Source of the DNA: Verrucomicrobiota bacterium
GTDB taxonomy: Bacteria; Verrucomicrobiota; Lentisphaeria; Lentisphaerales; Lentisphaeraceae
Assembly (NCBI GenBank): GCA_039798785.1
Contig: JBDKFG010000037.1
Location: forward strand, 1-45,509
Length of the DNA stretch: 45,509 nucleotides
Direction: 5' to 3'
Each line of letters begins with the position of its first letter. The stretch's first letter is position 1. The notes below the pieces were generated by a model that was not told where the DNA came from, did not search any database, and was given only the letters and a program-made list of their open reading frames with translations. A program made the position numbers and the translations under genes. Of this stretch, positions 8,633 to 17,872 are shown piece by piece.

Positions 8633-10315
8633 TCAGCCGCCCATCGTGGCGCTGAGGCGTTGGATGAAGGTGTCGATCTGGGTGTAGTTGCAGTGCGGGT
8701 TGAAGAACACCGCCTTCTCGCCGGGGATGCGTTGCGAGCGGCCGAGCTGGTCGTAAGAACCGAGGGCGAGCGCCTCGATCCAGTTGGTGTAGAGCCCGTG
8801 CTTGCCGCGGGTCAGGAAGTTGTTGCGGTGGTAACGGGAGTTGCGCTCCAGTCGGCCATCGACCTGGACGAGGCTGCATTCGGCGTGGAATTCGGCCTCG
8901 GGGTCGTTGACCAGGCTCGGGTCGTAGATGCGGAATCCGACGCTGGGGCCGTGGTTCTGCGCCGCCGGCAGGACGACGCCGGGCAGGCAGGAGAGGCGGA
9001 AGCGGAAGTAGTTGGCGTTCTGCAGGGAGTTGATGATCAGGCGGCGATAGCCGTCGACCCCGAGGTGCATCAGGGCGGAGGCGGCGCCGAAGACGCCGGC
9101 GGCGCCGCGCGAGCATTCTATGGTTGAATGCAGGTGGCCCTGCCCTTCGATGTCGCGGTCGAAGTAGCTGAAGTTCTCGGGGTCGTGCTCGAGAGCGGCG
9201 AGGTCCTTGCGGTCGCGGATCATCACCAGGCTGGAGGTGTAGGGGACGTAGCCCCACTTCTGGAAGTCGACGGTGAAGGAGTCGGCGTGGCGCAGCTCCT
9301 GGAAGCGCTCGACGTGGCGGCGCAGGGAGGGCAGGGTGGCGGCATTGATCTTCAGGGGGTTGCGGTCGAAGTCGTAGCCGCGGAAGAAGATCAGCGGCCA
9401 GCCGATGGCCGAGTCGACGTGGATGTGCGGCTTGACCTTGATCTCGAACTCGGCGCAGAGGCGGTCGCGGATCTGCACCACCGGCAGGACGCGGTCGACG
9501 CCGAAGGTGTCGGTGGTGCCCATGGTGAGCATGATCGTCGGCACCACGCAGCCGAGCTGGAAGCAGGCGCGGAGCTGGCGCTCCAGGTCCTCCATGTCCA
9601 TCTCGTTGCTGGAGCTGATGCGGATGCGGATCACCTTGCGGCGCAGGTTGACGCCGAGGAGGGAGAGGTTGGTGATGTTGGAGTAGTGGCCGCCCTGGGA
9701 GTTGAGGATGCGGTAGTCCTGGCCGTGCTCGAGGCCGTATTCGCGGGCCATCGGCAGGCTCTTGCGGATGCCGAGGAGGTAGCCGTAGAGGTTGCAGAAG
9801 GTGCCGCCCTGGGTGAAGATGCCGGTGGCCTGGTCGGGGTCGTAGCCGGCGAGGCCGGCGATCTGGCGCACCACCATCGACTCGAGCTCCTGGGCCATGC
9901 CGGCGTATTCGGAGTAGACCAGATTGGCGTTGGCGACGGTGCCGAGGATGCTCCCCATGATCGCCGGATCGCTGGGAGTGGTGATGACGTTCTCGACGCT
10001 GGCCGGGTCCTCCCAGTTCTTCGACAAGGTGGCGGCGAACTGCAGCAGCGGATGGACGCCGCCGCCCTTGCTGGTCTCCTGAGGTATCGAACATTCCTTC
10101 TGCAGCTGCTCCAGAAGAGTGGTGCCGTCGGGATAAGCGGCGAGCCGCTCCTGCGGCGGCAGGCAGTTCTTGCGGCGCTCTGCCAGCAGGCCGGCCAGGG
10201 ATTCGTCGCGGTACACCGGCCACTGGCCGGCGTCACGGCGGAAATGATGCTGCAGAAGCGACTGCATGTCGCGGGTGAAATCAGGGTGAAGCCGGTGCTT
10301 GTCCGGGATGAGCAT
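8633..10315 (-). CDS. Group II PLP-dependent amino-acid decarboxylase (substrate unknown)
   Basis: GIFTQGGTFCNLY, MGTTDTFGVD, HIHVDSAIG, ADSFTVDFQKWGYVPY (PLP lysine). Confidence 0.88.
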   Translation of the reverse strand: MLIPDKHRLHPDFTRDMQSLLQHHFRRDAGQWPVYRDESLAGLLAERRKNCLPPQERLAAYPDGTTLLEQLQKECSIPQETSKGGGVHPLLQFAATLSKNWEDPASVENVITTPSDPAIMGSILGTVANANLVYSEYAGMAQELESMVVRQIAGLAGYDPDQATGIFTQGGTFCNLYGYLLGIRKSLPMAREYGLEHGQDYRILNSQGGHYSNITNLSLLGVNLRRKVIRIRISSSNEMDMEDLERQLRACFQLGCVVPTIMLTMGTTDTFGVDRVLPVVQIRDRLCAEFEIKVKPHIHVDSAIGWPLIFFRGYDFDRNPLKINAATLPSLRRHVERFQELRHADSFTVDFQKWGYVPYTSSLVMIRDRKDLAALEHDPENFSYFDRDIEGQGHLHSTIECSRGAAGVFGAASALMHLGVDGYRRLIINSLQNANYFRFRLSCLPGVVLPAAQNHGPSVGFRIYDPSLVNDPEAEFHAECSLVQVDGRLERNSRYHRNNFLTRGKHGLYTNWIEALALGSYDQLGRSQRIPGEKAVFFNPHCNYTQIDTFIQRLSATMGG

Positions 10316-10413
10316 TGTCGAAGTCTCCGAGGTTTTTATGACATGGCGTCATAACATGCGGGTCCGGAGCCTGTCGTCAATCTGCAATTGAGGCTTATCG
10401 GGAGGAGCGGATT

Positions 10414-11778
10414 TCAGCGTGGGAGGAAGAGTTTTTGCGCTTGGCGCAAGGCGGGGGCCTCGCCCATCAGGACGACGCGGTCGGAGGCGATGTTGAACTC
10501 TTCGTTCGAGGCAGGAACGATGGTGTTGCCGCGGAGGCGGGCGGCGAGGGTGCAGCCATCGGGGAGGGGATGATGGGCGAGAGTCTTGCCGGCGACTTCC
10601 GAGGTCGGGTCGACGCTGAGCTCGAAGATCTCCGCCTGGAGGCGGTGCAGGAGGGCGCCGACCCGGCGTTCGCTGCCCTGGACGAGGTTGAGGATGGTGT
10701 TCAAGGCGGCGATGCGTGGTGAGAAGCAGCAGTCGATGTTGTCCATGCTGGCGATGATGGCGCGGTAGTCGGCCTTGTTGATCAGGGCGATCACCTTGGC
10801 GGCCCCGAGGCGGCGGGCGAGGAGGCAGGAGAGGACGTTGGTCTCGTCGAGGCGGCTGGCGGCGATGAAGACGCGGCAGCCGGCGACGCCGAGCTCTTCC
10901 ATCAGCTGGGCGTTGCTGGGATTGCCCTGGAGAAGCTCGATGCCGGCAGGAAGGGCGTCGAGCGCCGCCTCGGCGACCTTGCGGTCCTGCTCGATCACGG
11001 CGACACGCCAGCCGAGAGAGTGGAGGCGGACGGCGACTTCGAGCCCGACGTTGCCGGCGCCGGCGATGACGGCGCGGCGGCGGGGCTGCTTCTCCATCGT
11101 CGTCTGCGACCATTCGACCAGGGCCTCGATCTCTTCGCGAGGGCCGGCGGCGTAGACTTCGTCGTAGTTGTTGAAGCGTTCGCCTTCGCGTGGGAAGATG
11201 ATGCGGCCGCGGCGGCTGATCGCGGCGAAGCGGGTGCGGCCGATCAGTTCCGGGCGGGGGAACTTGCCGATCTGGCAGCCGACGATGGGGGAGCCGGGCT
11301 GGAGGCGGAAGCCGCAGATCACGGCGCCCGGAGCCGAGAGTTCGGAGATCTCCCGCACCGCCCCTTGGTGGACGGCGTCGACTATCGCCTTGGCGCATTC
11401 CAGGTGCGGCACGACGGCGGCGTCGATGCCGAGATGCTCGGCGCTGACGCCGTGCTCCTCGGAGAAGTAGTCTTTCATCGCGATGCGGCAGATGGTGCGG
11501 ATGGCGGGGTTCATCATCTTGGCGATCCGGCAGGCGAGGACATTGGTCTCGACCGAGTTGGTCACCGCCAGCAGCAGATTGGCGTGCAGGACGTCGGCCT
11601 TGGCGAGGACTTTCGCCGAGGCGCCGTTGCCTTCGATGGTGAGCAGATCGAGCTTCTCGATGATCGGCTTCAGGCGTTCCTCGTCCTGGTCGATGAAGAC
11701 AACGTCGCGGTTCTCCAGGCAGAGGGTTTCCGCCAGGCCCCTGCCGACCTGTCCGGCGCCGATGATGATCGCTTTCAT
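10414..11778 (-). CDS. trkA: Trk potassium uptake regulatory subunit (two RCK_N/RCK_C pairs)
   Basis: MKAIIIGAGQVG and a second IAGAGNVG Rossmann motif; 454 aa. Confidence 0.9.
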   Translation of the reverse strand: MKAIIIGAGQVGRGLAETLCLENRDVVFIDQDEERLKPIIEKLDLLTIEGNGASAKVLAKADVLHANLLLAVTNSVETNVLACRIAKMMNPAIRTICRIAMKDYFSEEHGVSAEHLGIDAAVVPHLECAKAIVDAVHQGAVREISELSAPGAVICGFRLQPGSPIVGCQIGKFPRPELIGRTRFAAISRRGRIIFPREGERFNNYDEVYAAGPREEIEALVEWSQTTMEKQPRRRAVIAGAGNVGLEVAVRLHSLGWRVAVIEQDRKVAEAALDALPAGIELLQGNPSNAQLMEELGVAGCRVFIAASRLDETNVLSCLLARRLGAAKVIALINKADYRAIIASMDNIDCCFSPRIAALNTILNLVQGSERRVGALLHRLQAEIFELSVDPTSEVAGKTLAHHPLPDGCTLAARLRGNTIVPASNEEFNIASDRVVLMGEAPALRQAQKLFLPR

Positions 11779-11877
11779 AGAGAAATCTCCCGGAATGTTT
11801 TGTCCGCCCGGAAACTAGTGCGGAATTCCGGAATCAAAAATTCGCAGCCGCAAAATCTCTCCACCCCAGGATTCCCC

Positions 11878-13137
11878 ATGCCCAGCCGCCGCAGCTTCAT
11901 CGGACTTCCTCTCGCCGCCTTTGCCCTCAGTCCCGTCAGTTTGCTGCGCGCCGCCGAGCAGCAGGAGAAGCGGCCAGCCGGCTTCGCCAGTCCCCCGGTG
12001 GTGCAGAATCCCGGACCCGACGGCTGCACCTTCACCTTCCGGGTCACCGGTCTCGCCAGCGCCGAATTGCAATGGGGCGCCAGCGCCGACAAACTCGATC
12101 AGGTGGTCAAGGCCGCCCACCATGGCCTGATCCAGGCCGACGACCGGGTCCTCAGCCTCCGCCTGCGCAGCGACCGCCTGCCGGCCGACGGCGTCATCCA
12201 CTACCGCATCGTCCTCCATCCTCTGCGCTACCTCAACGCCTACAAGCTCGAGCGCGGCGAACCCGTCTTCTCGCCGGTGCGGCGGCTCAAGCTGCCGCGC
12301 GCCGCGGCCGACACCTTCTCCTTCTGCGCCGTCAGCGACACCCATGAAGCCAAAAGCGTCATCGCCGGGCTGGCCCGCCGCATCGAGGCTCTCGATCCTG
12401 ACGTGCTGGTGTGGAACGGCGACACCTGCCGCGACTTCGACGCCGGCGACGAGCCCGCCGCCATCCTCCTCGACAACGGCGCCGGCGCGACTCCGGAGCT
12501 CGGCGGCTGGGCCTCGACCCGTCCCCTGCTTTTTGTTCCCGGCAATCACGATGTCCGCGGCCAGCTGGCCCAGGAAGTGCCGCTCAGCATGCGTCCCTGG
12601 CCCGGCGATCCGGAACTGCCATACAACTTCGCCATACGCTGCGGTCCGGTGGCCTTGATCGGACTCGAGACCGGCGAGGACAAGCCCGACGCCCACCCGG
12701 TCTTCGCCGGCATGGCCGCCTATGAAGAGCACCGCCGCCGCCAGGCGCAGTGGCTGAACGAGGCGGTGAAGAGGCCGGAGATCGCCGCCGCGCCTTACAA
12801 GGTGGCCCTCTGCCACATCCCTCTCCGCGGGGTGGATGGCGACGACAACGACGGCCGGACGCTGCAGGGCTACGCCCATCATTCCGGCGAGGGGCTGCAA
12901 CTGTGGGGGCCGACCCTCCGGGCCTCCGGCTTCCGCCTGGTCGTTTCCGGTCACACCCATCAGTGGCGGATCCAGGATCCCGAGGCCTCGGAACCCCTGA
13001 TGCAGGCGGTCGGCGGCGGACCTCAGAGCGACAACGCCGTCATCATCCATCTCCAGGCCGACGCGGCGCGGCTGGTGCTGCGGATCGAGGACTTCGCCGG
13101 CAAGGAACTGGCGCGGCGGGAGCTGCCGCCGGCCTGA
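11878..13137 (+). CDS. Tat-exported metallophosphoesterase (purple acid phosphatase-like, FN3 N-terminal)
   Basis: MPSRRSFIG Tat motif; SDTH, NGD, PGNHD, CHIP, SGHTH. Confidence 0.88.
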   Translation: MPSRRSFIGLPLAAFALSPVSLLRAAEQQEKRPAGFASPPVVQNPGPDGCTFTFRVTGLASAELQWGASADKLDQVVKAAHHGLIQADDRVLSLRLRSDRLPADGVIHYRIVLHPLRYLNAYKLERGEPVFSPVRRLKLPRAAADTFSFCAVSDTHEAKSVIAGLARRIEALDPDVLVWNGDTCRDFDAGDEPAAILLDNGAGATPELGGWASTRPLLFVPGNHDVRGQLAQEVPLSMRPWPGDPELPYNFAIRCGPVALIGLETGEDKPDAHPVFAGMAAYEEHRRRQAQWLNEAVKRPEIAAAPYKVALCHIPLRGVDGDDNDGRTLQGYAHHSGEGLQLWGPTLRASGFRLVVSGHTHQWRIQDPEASEPLMQAVGGGPQSDNAVIIHLQADAARLVLRIEDFAGKELARRELPPA

Positions 13138-13145
13138 ACAGGGAT

Positions 13146-13937
13146 TCAGGGCTGAGCCCTTGACTTGATCAAGAAGCGTTGTTTGAAGTCGAGCACTGCA
13201 TCGTAGGAGGGGATACGGATGCGCTCTGCGTAGTTGAGTGTGGGGATTTCTCCGCAGGTCAATTCGACGGCGGAGGAAGCTAGCAATTCGTCCATCGCCT
13301 TGTTGCCGCCATTGACAAGCCAGATCCGAGGTTGATTGCCGTTCCGGCTCCAGCTATGCATTTCCTTCCAGTCATCAGGAAGGGCGAGGAGGACGACGAG
13401 CGGGGATCGGGCGCAAGCTTTGAGACTGCGGTCATAGGTGTCGGCACTGTTTTCAAGCAAGGTGTTCTGAGCGTCAGGGGTGTTGGTGTAGAAGCTTTCG
13501 GCGAGATCGGGGTGGCGGTCGATATAGTCGTCGCGCTGTTTGGGGCTGGGCATGGCCATGAACATCGCCTTGACAGGGGTTTTTCCCTTGGTCGCCGCGA
13601 GCAGGCCTTTGAGGATTTCCGCGTGCTCGCTACCTTGGAATTTCGGCACGAGGACAGTTGCTTCGGCGATTTTCTGGTCGTTCAGCATAGTGCCGATCTT
13701 GTGGCCTTGAATGTAGTGATGCCATTGGTTGGCCTTGATGTGATCCTTGGTGGAGACAGCAGGGAATATCAGGCCCAGATGGTAGCCGACGATGCAGGCT
13801 GTGCTCGTCAGGCAGAATGCGGCGCCTGCGAGGTTGAAGATCAATTGTCGGCTTTTTCTTTTGAACTCGAAATGCCTGTGGATCAGGATAAAGCCGATGA
13901 TCGTTGCTGCCATCAGGATTTGGATGAGGGAGGTCAT
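13146..13937 (-). CDS. Membrane-anchored hypothetical protein (263 aa), pilin partner copy 1
   Basis: Two N-terminal hydrophobic helices; start abuts the prepilin stop (TGA-ATG) with AGGAGG inside the upstream gene. Confidence 0.8.
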   Translation of the reverse strand: MTSLIQILMAATIIGFILIHRHFEFKRKSRQLIFNLAGAAFCLTSTACIVGYHLGLIFPAVSTKDHIKANQWHHYIQGHKIGTMLNDQKIAEATVLVPKFQGSEHAEILKGLLAATKGKTPVKAMFMAMPSPKQRDDYIDRHPDLAESFYTNTPDAQNTLLENSADTYDRSLKACARSPLVVLLALPDDWKEMHSWSRNGNQPRIWLVNGGNKAMDELLASSAVELTCGEIPTLNYAERIRIPSYDAVLDFKQRFLIKSRAQP

Positions 13938-14690
13938 TCAGGGGGTCCTCCTGAATAAGCCGTCCCAGCCGAACTGGACGTGTTTGTTGCAGCTGTTGAG
14001 GTCACTGGTGGCAGGGAAGTTGGCAGGCAGGCTGAGAGAAGGATCTTTATAGGAAAGCGCGGCGCCGTCAAGATAAAGCACGGAATAGCTGGGGAGAGCC
14101 TGGTGATTGATCGGCTCCTGGGTGCTGCTGTAATTGTAGAAGGTGAATTCGTCGGAACAGATCGGCGTGGCGCCATTGTCCGAACCTGTCACCCATGCGT
14201 AGGTGCGCGTTTCGCCGGCAGGCTGAACCCGGAAATAGTTCTGCCATTTGTAGGTCGAGGATGTCGGCGTTGCGCCGCTCATCGAGATGGTCTTCGAGGT
14301 CATCGGGCAACGGAAGAGCTTGGTGGGGTCGCCTTGCAGGTATTTGCCGTTGTAGAGGCTGCCAATCCCCATGTAGCCATCGCCGCATTCCGCCGCGCCA
14401 TAGCCCTGCTGATAGGTCACCTGGACGCTGTATTTGATGCTCGGGCTGGCAGCCGATCCGGCCAGCCAGGTGCCGCTGGCGGAAAGCGGCTGGGCTCGCG
14501 GGATCTTGCCACCCCAGTCCGCCATGTAGGAGCCGTTGGCAACGCCGAACTGCTTCATGTTGGCGATGCAGACGGAAGCTTGCGCGCGATATCTCGACTG
14601 GGCGATGGCAGGCAGGAGAAGAGAAAGAAGAATGGCGATCACTGCCACCACGGCAAGCAGCTCAATCAGAGTGAACTTCAGGCATCTCAT
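13938..14690 (-). CDS. Prepilin-type N-terminal cleavage/methylation domain protein (DUF1559-like) copy 1
   Basis: [33 protein letters not shown]-terminal H-X11-DG. Confidence 0.88.
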   Translation of the reverse strand: MRCLKFTLIELLAVVAVIAILLSLLLPAIAQSRYRAQASVCIANMKQFGVANGSYMADWGGKIPRAQPLSASGTWLAGSAASPSIKYSVQVTYQQGYGAAECGDGYMGIGSLYNGKYLQGDPTKLFRCPMTSKTISMSGATPTSSTYKWQNYFRVQPAGETRTYAWVTGSDNGATPICSDEFTFYNYSSTQEPINHQALPSYSVLYLDGAALSYKDPSLSLPANFPATSDLNSCNKHVQFGWDGLFRRTP

Positions 14691-14706
14691 GACCGGCCTC
14701 GCTTGT

Positions 14707-16068
14707 TTATTCTTGCGCTTGGCACCTGGGGTCGGGACGCACAGGCAGTGAATTCCGCCACTCCCGGAGAAGGCCTTTCAGCCGGGCGACTTGATCGGCA
14801 TGGCTGGCGGCCAGGTTCCGGCTTTCGCCGGGATCGGCTTCCAGGTCGTACAGCTCCTCGCGATGCAAAGCTTCGTTGATCAGGAGTTTCCATCGGCCGT
14901 CGCGGACTGCATGGGCCGGCCAGTTGTGGCCTCCGTGACCGCCTCGCCACTCCCAGAAGAGGGGCCCTTGCCGGCGACGTTCGATCCCGGTGAACGAAGC
15001 CAACAGGTTTTCGCCGTCAGGCTGGAATCCTTCGGGCATTTTGACCCCGGCGGCGGCGCAGAGGCTGGGGAGCAGATCGACGGCGCTGATCACGGTTTCT
15101 TGATTCTTGCCGGCTTTCTGGATTTGTGCTGGCCAAGAAACAATGAAGGGAACCCGCACGCCGCCTTCGTGAAGGCTGCGCTTGCCGGCCTTGAAGGGGC
15201 CGGCGCTGCCGACGGAGTAGTAATCGCCGTAGCCGTCGATATTGGCATCTGAGTCATTCATCAGCTTGCGTTCGGGCGGACCGGCGTCCTCCTGGCCGTT
15301 GTCGCTGGTGAAGATGACGATGGTGTTATCCTCGACCTTGGCGTCGCGCAAGGCTTGGAGAATCTTGCCGACGGCATTGTCCGCATCGGTCATGACGGCT
15401 GCGTAGACCTGCTGGCGTTCGTCAAGATGGGCCCACTTGGCCATCGCGGCGGGACTGGGCTTGTGGGGTGTGTGGCTTTCATGGATCCAGACATTGGCGG
15501 CAAAAGATTGTCCTTGGCTGTTGCGGATGAACTCGGCAGTTTCATCGGCTGTGCGACGGAAGTCGGCGATTGGCCAGCCGTCGCCGCCGTTGAAGACCGC
15601 AGCCTGGTCGTAGCCGTAGGCGGCGGGCAGCGGGGCCTTCGGCACCGAGGCGTTGGTGAGGTGCCATTTACCGAAGTGGCCGGTGCGATAACCGGCATCA
15701 TGCAAAAGGCGTATCCAGTTCGGCGCCTGCGGGTCGAGCCAGTCGGGCATGCCGCGGGCGCGATTGTCCTGCGGCTTGGCGAAGTGCTCATGGATCGACA
15801 GACGGGCTGGATAGAGACCGGTGAGAATGGCGGCCCGGCTCGGCGAGCAGACCGGATTGAGCACGGTGAATTGCTGGAAGTCGACGCCATGCGTCGCCAT
15901 GCGGTCGAGATGCGGCGTTTGGTGGACCGGATGGCCGTGGCAGGAAAGATCGCCCCAGCCGATGTCGTCAGCGACGATCACCAGGATGTTGGGGCGGCTC
16001 GCGGAAGGTGGCACCCCGGCGCATGAAGCGCCGAGGAGAGCCATGAGTAAAATCCCTAGACGATACAT
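14707..16068 (-). CDS. Cys-type sulfatase (S1), probable lipoprotein
   Basis: [46 protein letters not shown] lipobox-like. Confidence 0.95.
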   Translation of the reverse strand: MYRLGILLMALLGASCAGVPPSASRPNILVIVADDIGWGDLSCHGHPVHQTPHLDRMATHGVDFQQFTVLNPVCSPSRAAILTGLYPARLSIHEHFAKPQDNRARGMPDWLDPQAPNWIRLLHDAGYRTGHFGKWHLTNASVPKAPLPAAYGYDQAAVFNGGDGWPIADFRRTADETAEFIRNSQGQSFAANVWIHESHTPHKPSPAAMAKWAHLDERQQVYAAVMTDADNAVGKILQALRDAKVEDNTIVIFTSDNGQEDAGPPERKLMNDSDANIDGYGDYYSVGSAGPFKAGKRSLHEGGVRVPFIVSWPAQIQKAGKNQETVISAVDLLPSLCAAAGVKMPEGFQPDGENLLASFTGIERRRQGPLFWEWRGGHGGHNWPAHAVRDGRWKLLINEALHREELYDLEADPGESRNLAASHADQVARLKGLLREWRNSLPVRPDPRCQAQE

Positions 16069-16084
16069 GTCGTATTCCTTAAGC

Positions 16085-17848
16085 TTATTCCGCTCGCTTC
16101 AGGCTGATCGACTCGAGACTGGAAGCGGCGGCGTCGCCTTCTTTCAGGCTAACGCAGATTTTATGCCTTCCGGCAGTCTTGAAGGAGATCAGGCCGAAGC
16201 CGTGGCTCTGGTAGATCGGCCCGGCGCTCTGCTGGTTCTGACGCTTAAGCCCTTCGTCCGTAGTGATTTCCCAAGCCGTCTTGCCCTTGCCGCGGTAGCA
16301 GAGCTCGAGGTAGTAGTCGCCCGCTGCGGCCACCTCGACGTCCCAGCTGACTTGTGAGGCCTCCTGCCATTGGCTGACCTGGGTGGCGTGTTTCCATTCG
16401 CCGAACTTCTCCATCCAGCTGATCCGCTTCTTCTCGGCCTTCAAAACGTCGGAAAATTCGACAGAGAGATGTAGCGGACCATTCGGCGCCAGGCCGAAGC
16501 TCGGGTCGACTTGCGGCAGCGTCGCGAAGCTGAGCTTGACCACCGAGGCCGGGCGCTCCGGCATCGGCATCGGCAGCTTCAAGATCAACCACGAGCCCTG
16601 GCGTTCCCAGGTGATCGGCTGAGTCCCGCCGGGGATGACGACGCTCGCCTGGCTGGGATCGGCGCTGATCCCGGGGAGATAAAGCCGGCCATCGGCAGGC
16701 CAGTCGAAGACAGTGAGGTTGAGATCCTTTCCCTGCGTCGTGGCGTCGCCCCAGGGCAAGGCGCGGCCCCAGGGAGAAGCGCCGGCGCCGTAGACGACGT
16801 CGGGATGCTTGGCGATCCAAGAGCCGGCGGCTGCCAGGAATTTCGCCGCTTCCGGCGGCACTTGGCCTTGACCGTCGAGACCGACATTGAGCAGGTAGCT
16901 GCCGCCGCGCCCGACGGTGCCGACGAGGCGGCGGAGGATCTCCTTCGAATCCTTCCAGTTCTGGTCGTACCAGGCGTAGGACCAGGAGTCGTTGGTGGTG
17001 TCGCAGCACTCCCAGGCGCCGGGCATGTTGCGCGGCGGCACCTCCATGTCGCCGAGGCTGCTGTAGTCGCCCATGCCGTGGCCGACGCGGCTGCACAGGA
17101 GGGCGGCGGGCTGGGCCTTGCGGACATAGGCGGCGAGTTCCTGCACCAGCTCCTTCGGCATGTCGCCGGGAGTGTCGAACCAGACGAAGCTGAGCGGTCC
17201 GTAGTTGCTGCAGATCTCCTTCACCTGAGGAAAGCACTTGCTGCGGAAGTAATGCTCGAAGCTGGCCGGGCTGCCGTCGTCATTGACCTTGGGTCCGCCG
17301 GTGCCGCCGGGCGCGGTCCAGTCCTGATTGTGAGAGTAATAGAAGCCGAAACCGAGGCCGGCTTCGCGACAGGCGGCGGCCAATTCCGCCATCGGGTCGC
17401 GCCGGAAGGGCGTGGCGTCGACGATGTTGAAGGGATGGGCCGACTTGAACATCGCGAAGCCTTCGTGATGCTTGGAGGTGATGATGATCCACTTCATCCC
17501 GGCAGCCTGGGCGACCTTGACGATCGCCTTGGCGTCGAACTTCGCCGGGTTGAAATTCGGGGCGATCGCCATGTACTCCTTGTCGCCGATCTTCATCTGC
17601 GGCTTGATCCATTCGCCGATGCCGTAGAAGGTCTTGTCGCCCCATTGGCCGCCGAGATGGGAATAGAGGCCCCAGTGGATGAACATGCCGTAATTGCCTT
17701 GGTCGAAGACCGCGAGTTTCGCCGTCGCGGCGGCGCTGCGGACGGTCTTGTCGCCCCACATCTTGTCCATCCCCTCGTCCGCCGCGATCAGCGGCAGAGA
17801 GAGGCAGCAGGCGGCGGCGAGGGAACGGCGGAGGAAGGTGAATTTCAT
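16085..17848 (-). CDS. GH29 alpha-L-fucosidase with a C-terminal extra beta domain
   Basis: GMFIHWGLYS, TSKHHEGF, FVWFDTP, YLLNVG; signal peptide. Confidence 0.93.
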   Translation of the reverse strand: MKFTFLRRSLAAACCLSLPLIAADEGMDKMWGDKTVRSAAATAKLAVFDQGNYGMFIHWGLYSHLGGQWGDKTFYGIGEWIKPQMKIGDKEYMAIAPNFNPAKFDAKAIVKVAQAAGMKWIIITSKHHEGFAMFKSAHPFNIVDATPFRRDPMAELAAACREAGLGFGFYYSHNQDWTAPGGTGGPKVNDDGSPASFEHYFRSKCFPQVKEICSNYGPLSFVWFDTPGDMPKELVQELAAYVRKAQPAALLCSRVGHGMGDYSSLGDMEVPPRNMPGAWECCDTTNDSWSYAWYDQNWKDSKEILRRLVGTVGRGGSYLLNVGLDGQGQVPPEAAKFLAAAGSWIAKHPDVVYGAGASPWGRALPWGDATTQGKDLNLTVFDWPADGRLYLPGISADPSQASVVIPGGTQPITWERQGSWLILKLPMPMPERPASVVKLSFATLPQVDPSFGLAPNGPLHLSVEFSDVLKAEKKRISWMEKFGEWKHATQVSQWQEASQVSWDVEVAAAGDYYLELCYRGKGKTAWEITTDEGLKRQNQQSAGPIYQSHGFGLISFKTAGRHKICVSLKEGDAAASSLESISLKRAE

Positions 17849-17872
17849 GCGGATGGACCTTTCAAATTTATG

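Noticed and set aside
11020..11877. Apparent long N-terminal fusion on the metallophosphoesterase
   Set aside because: Antisense shadow of trkA; the Tat signal marks the real start at 11878
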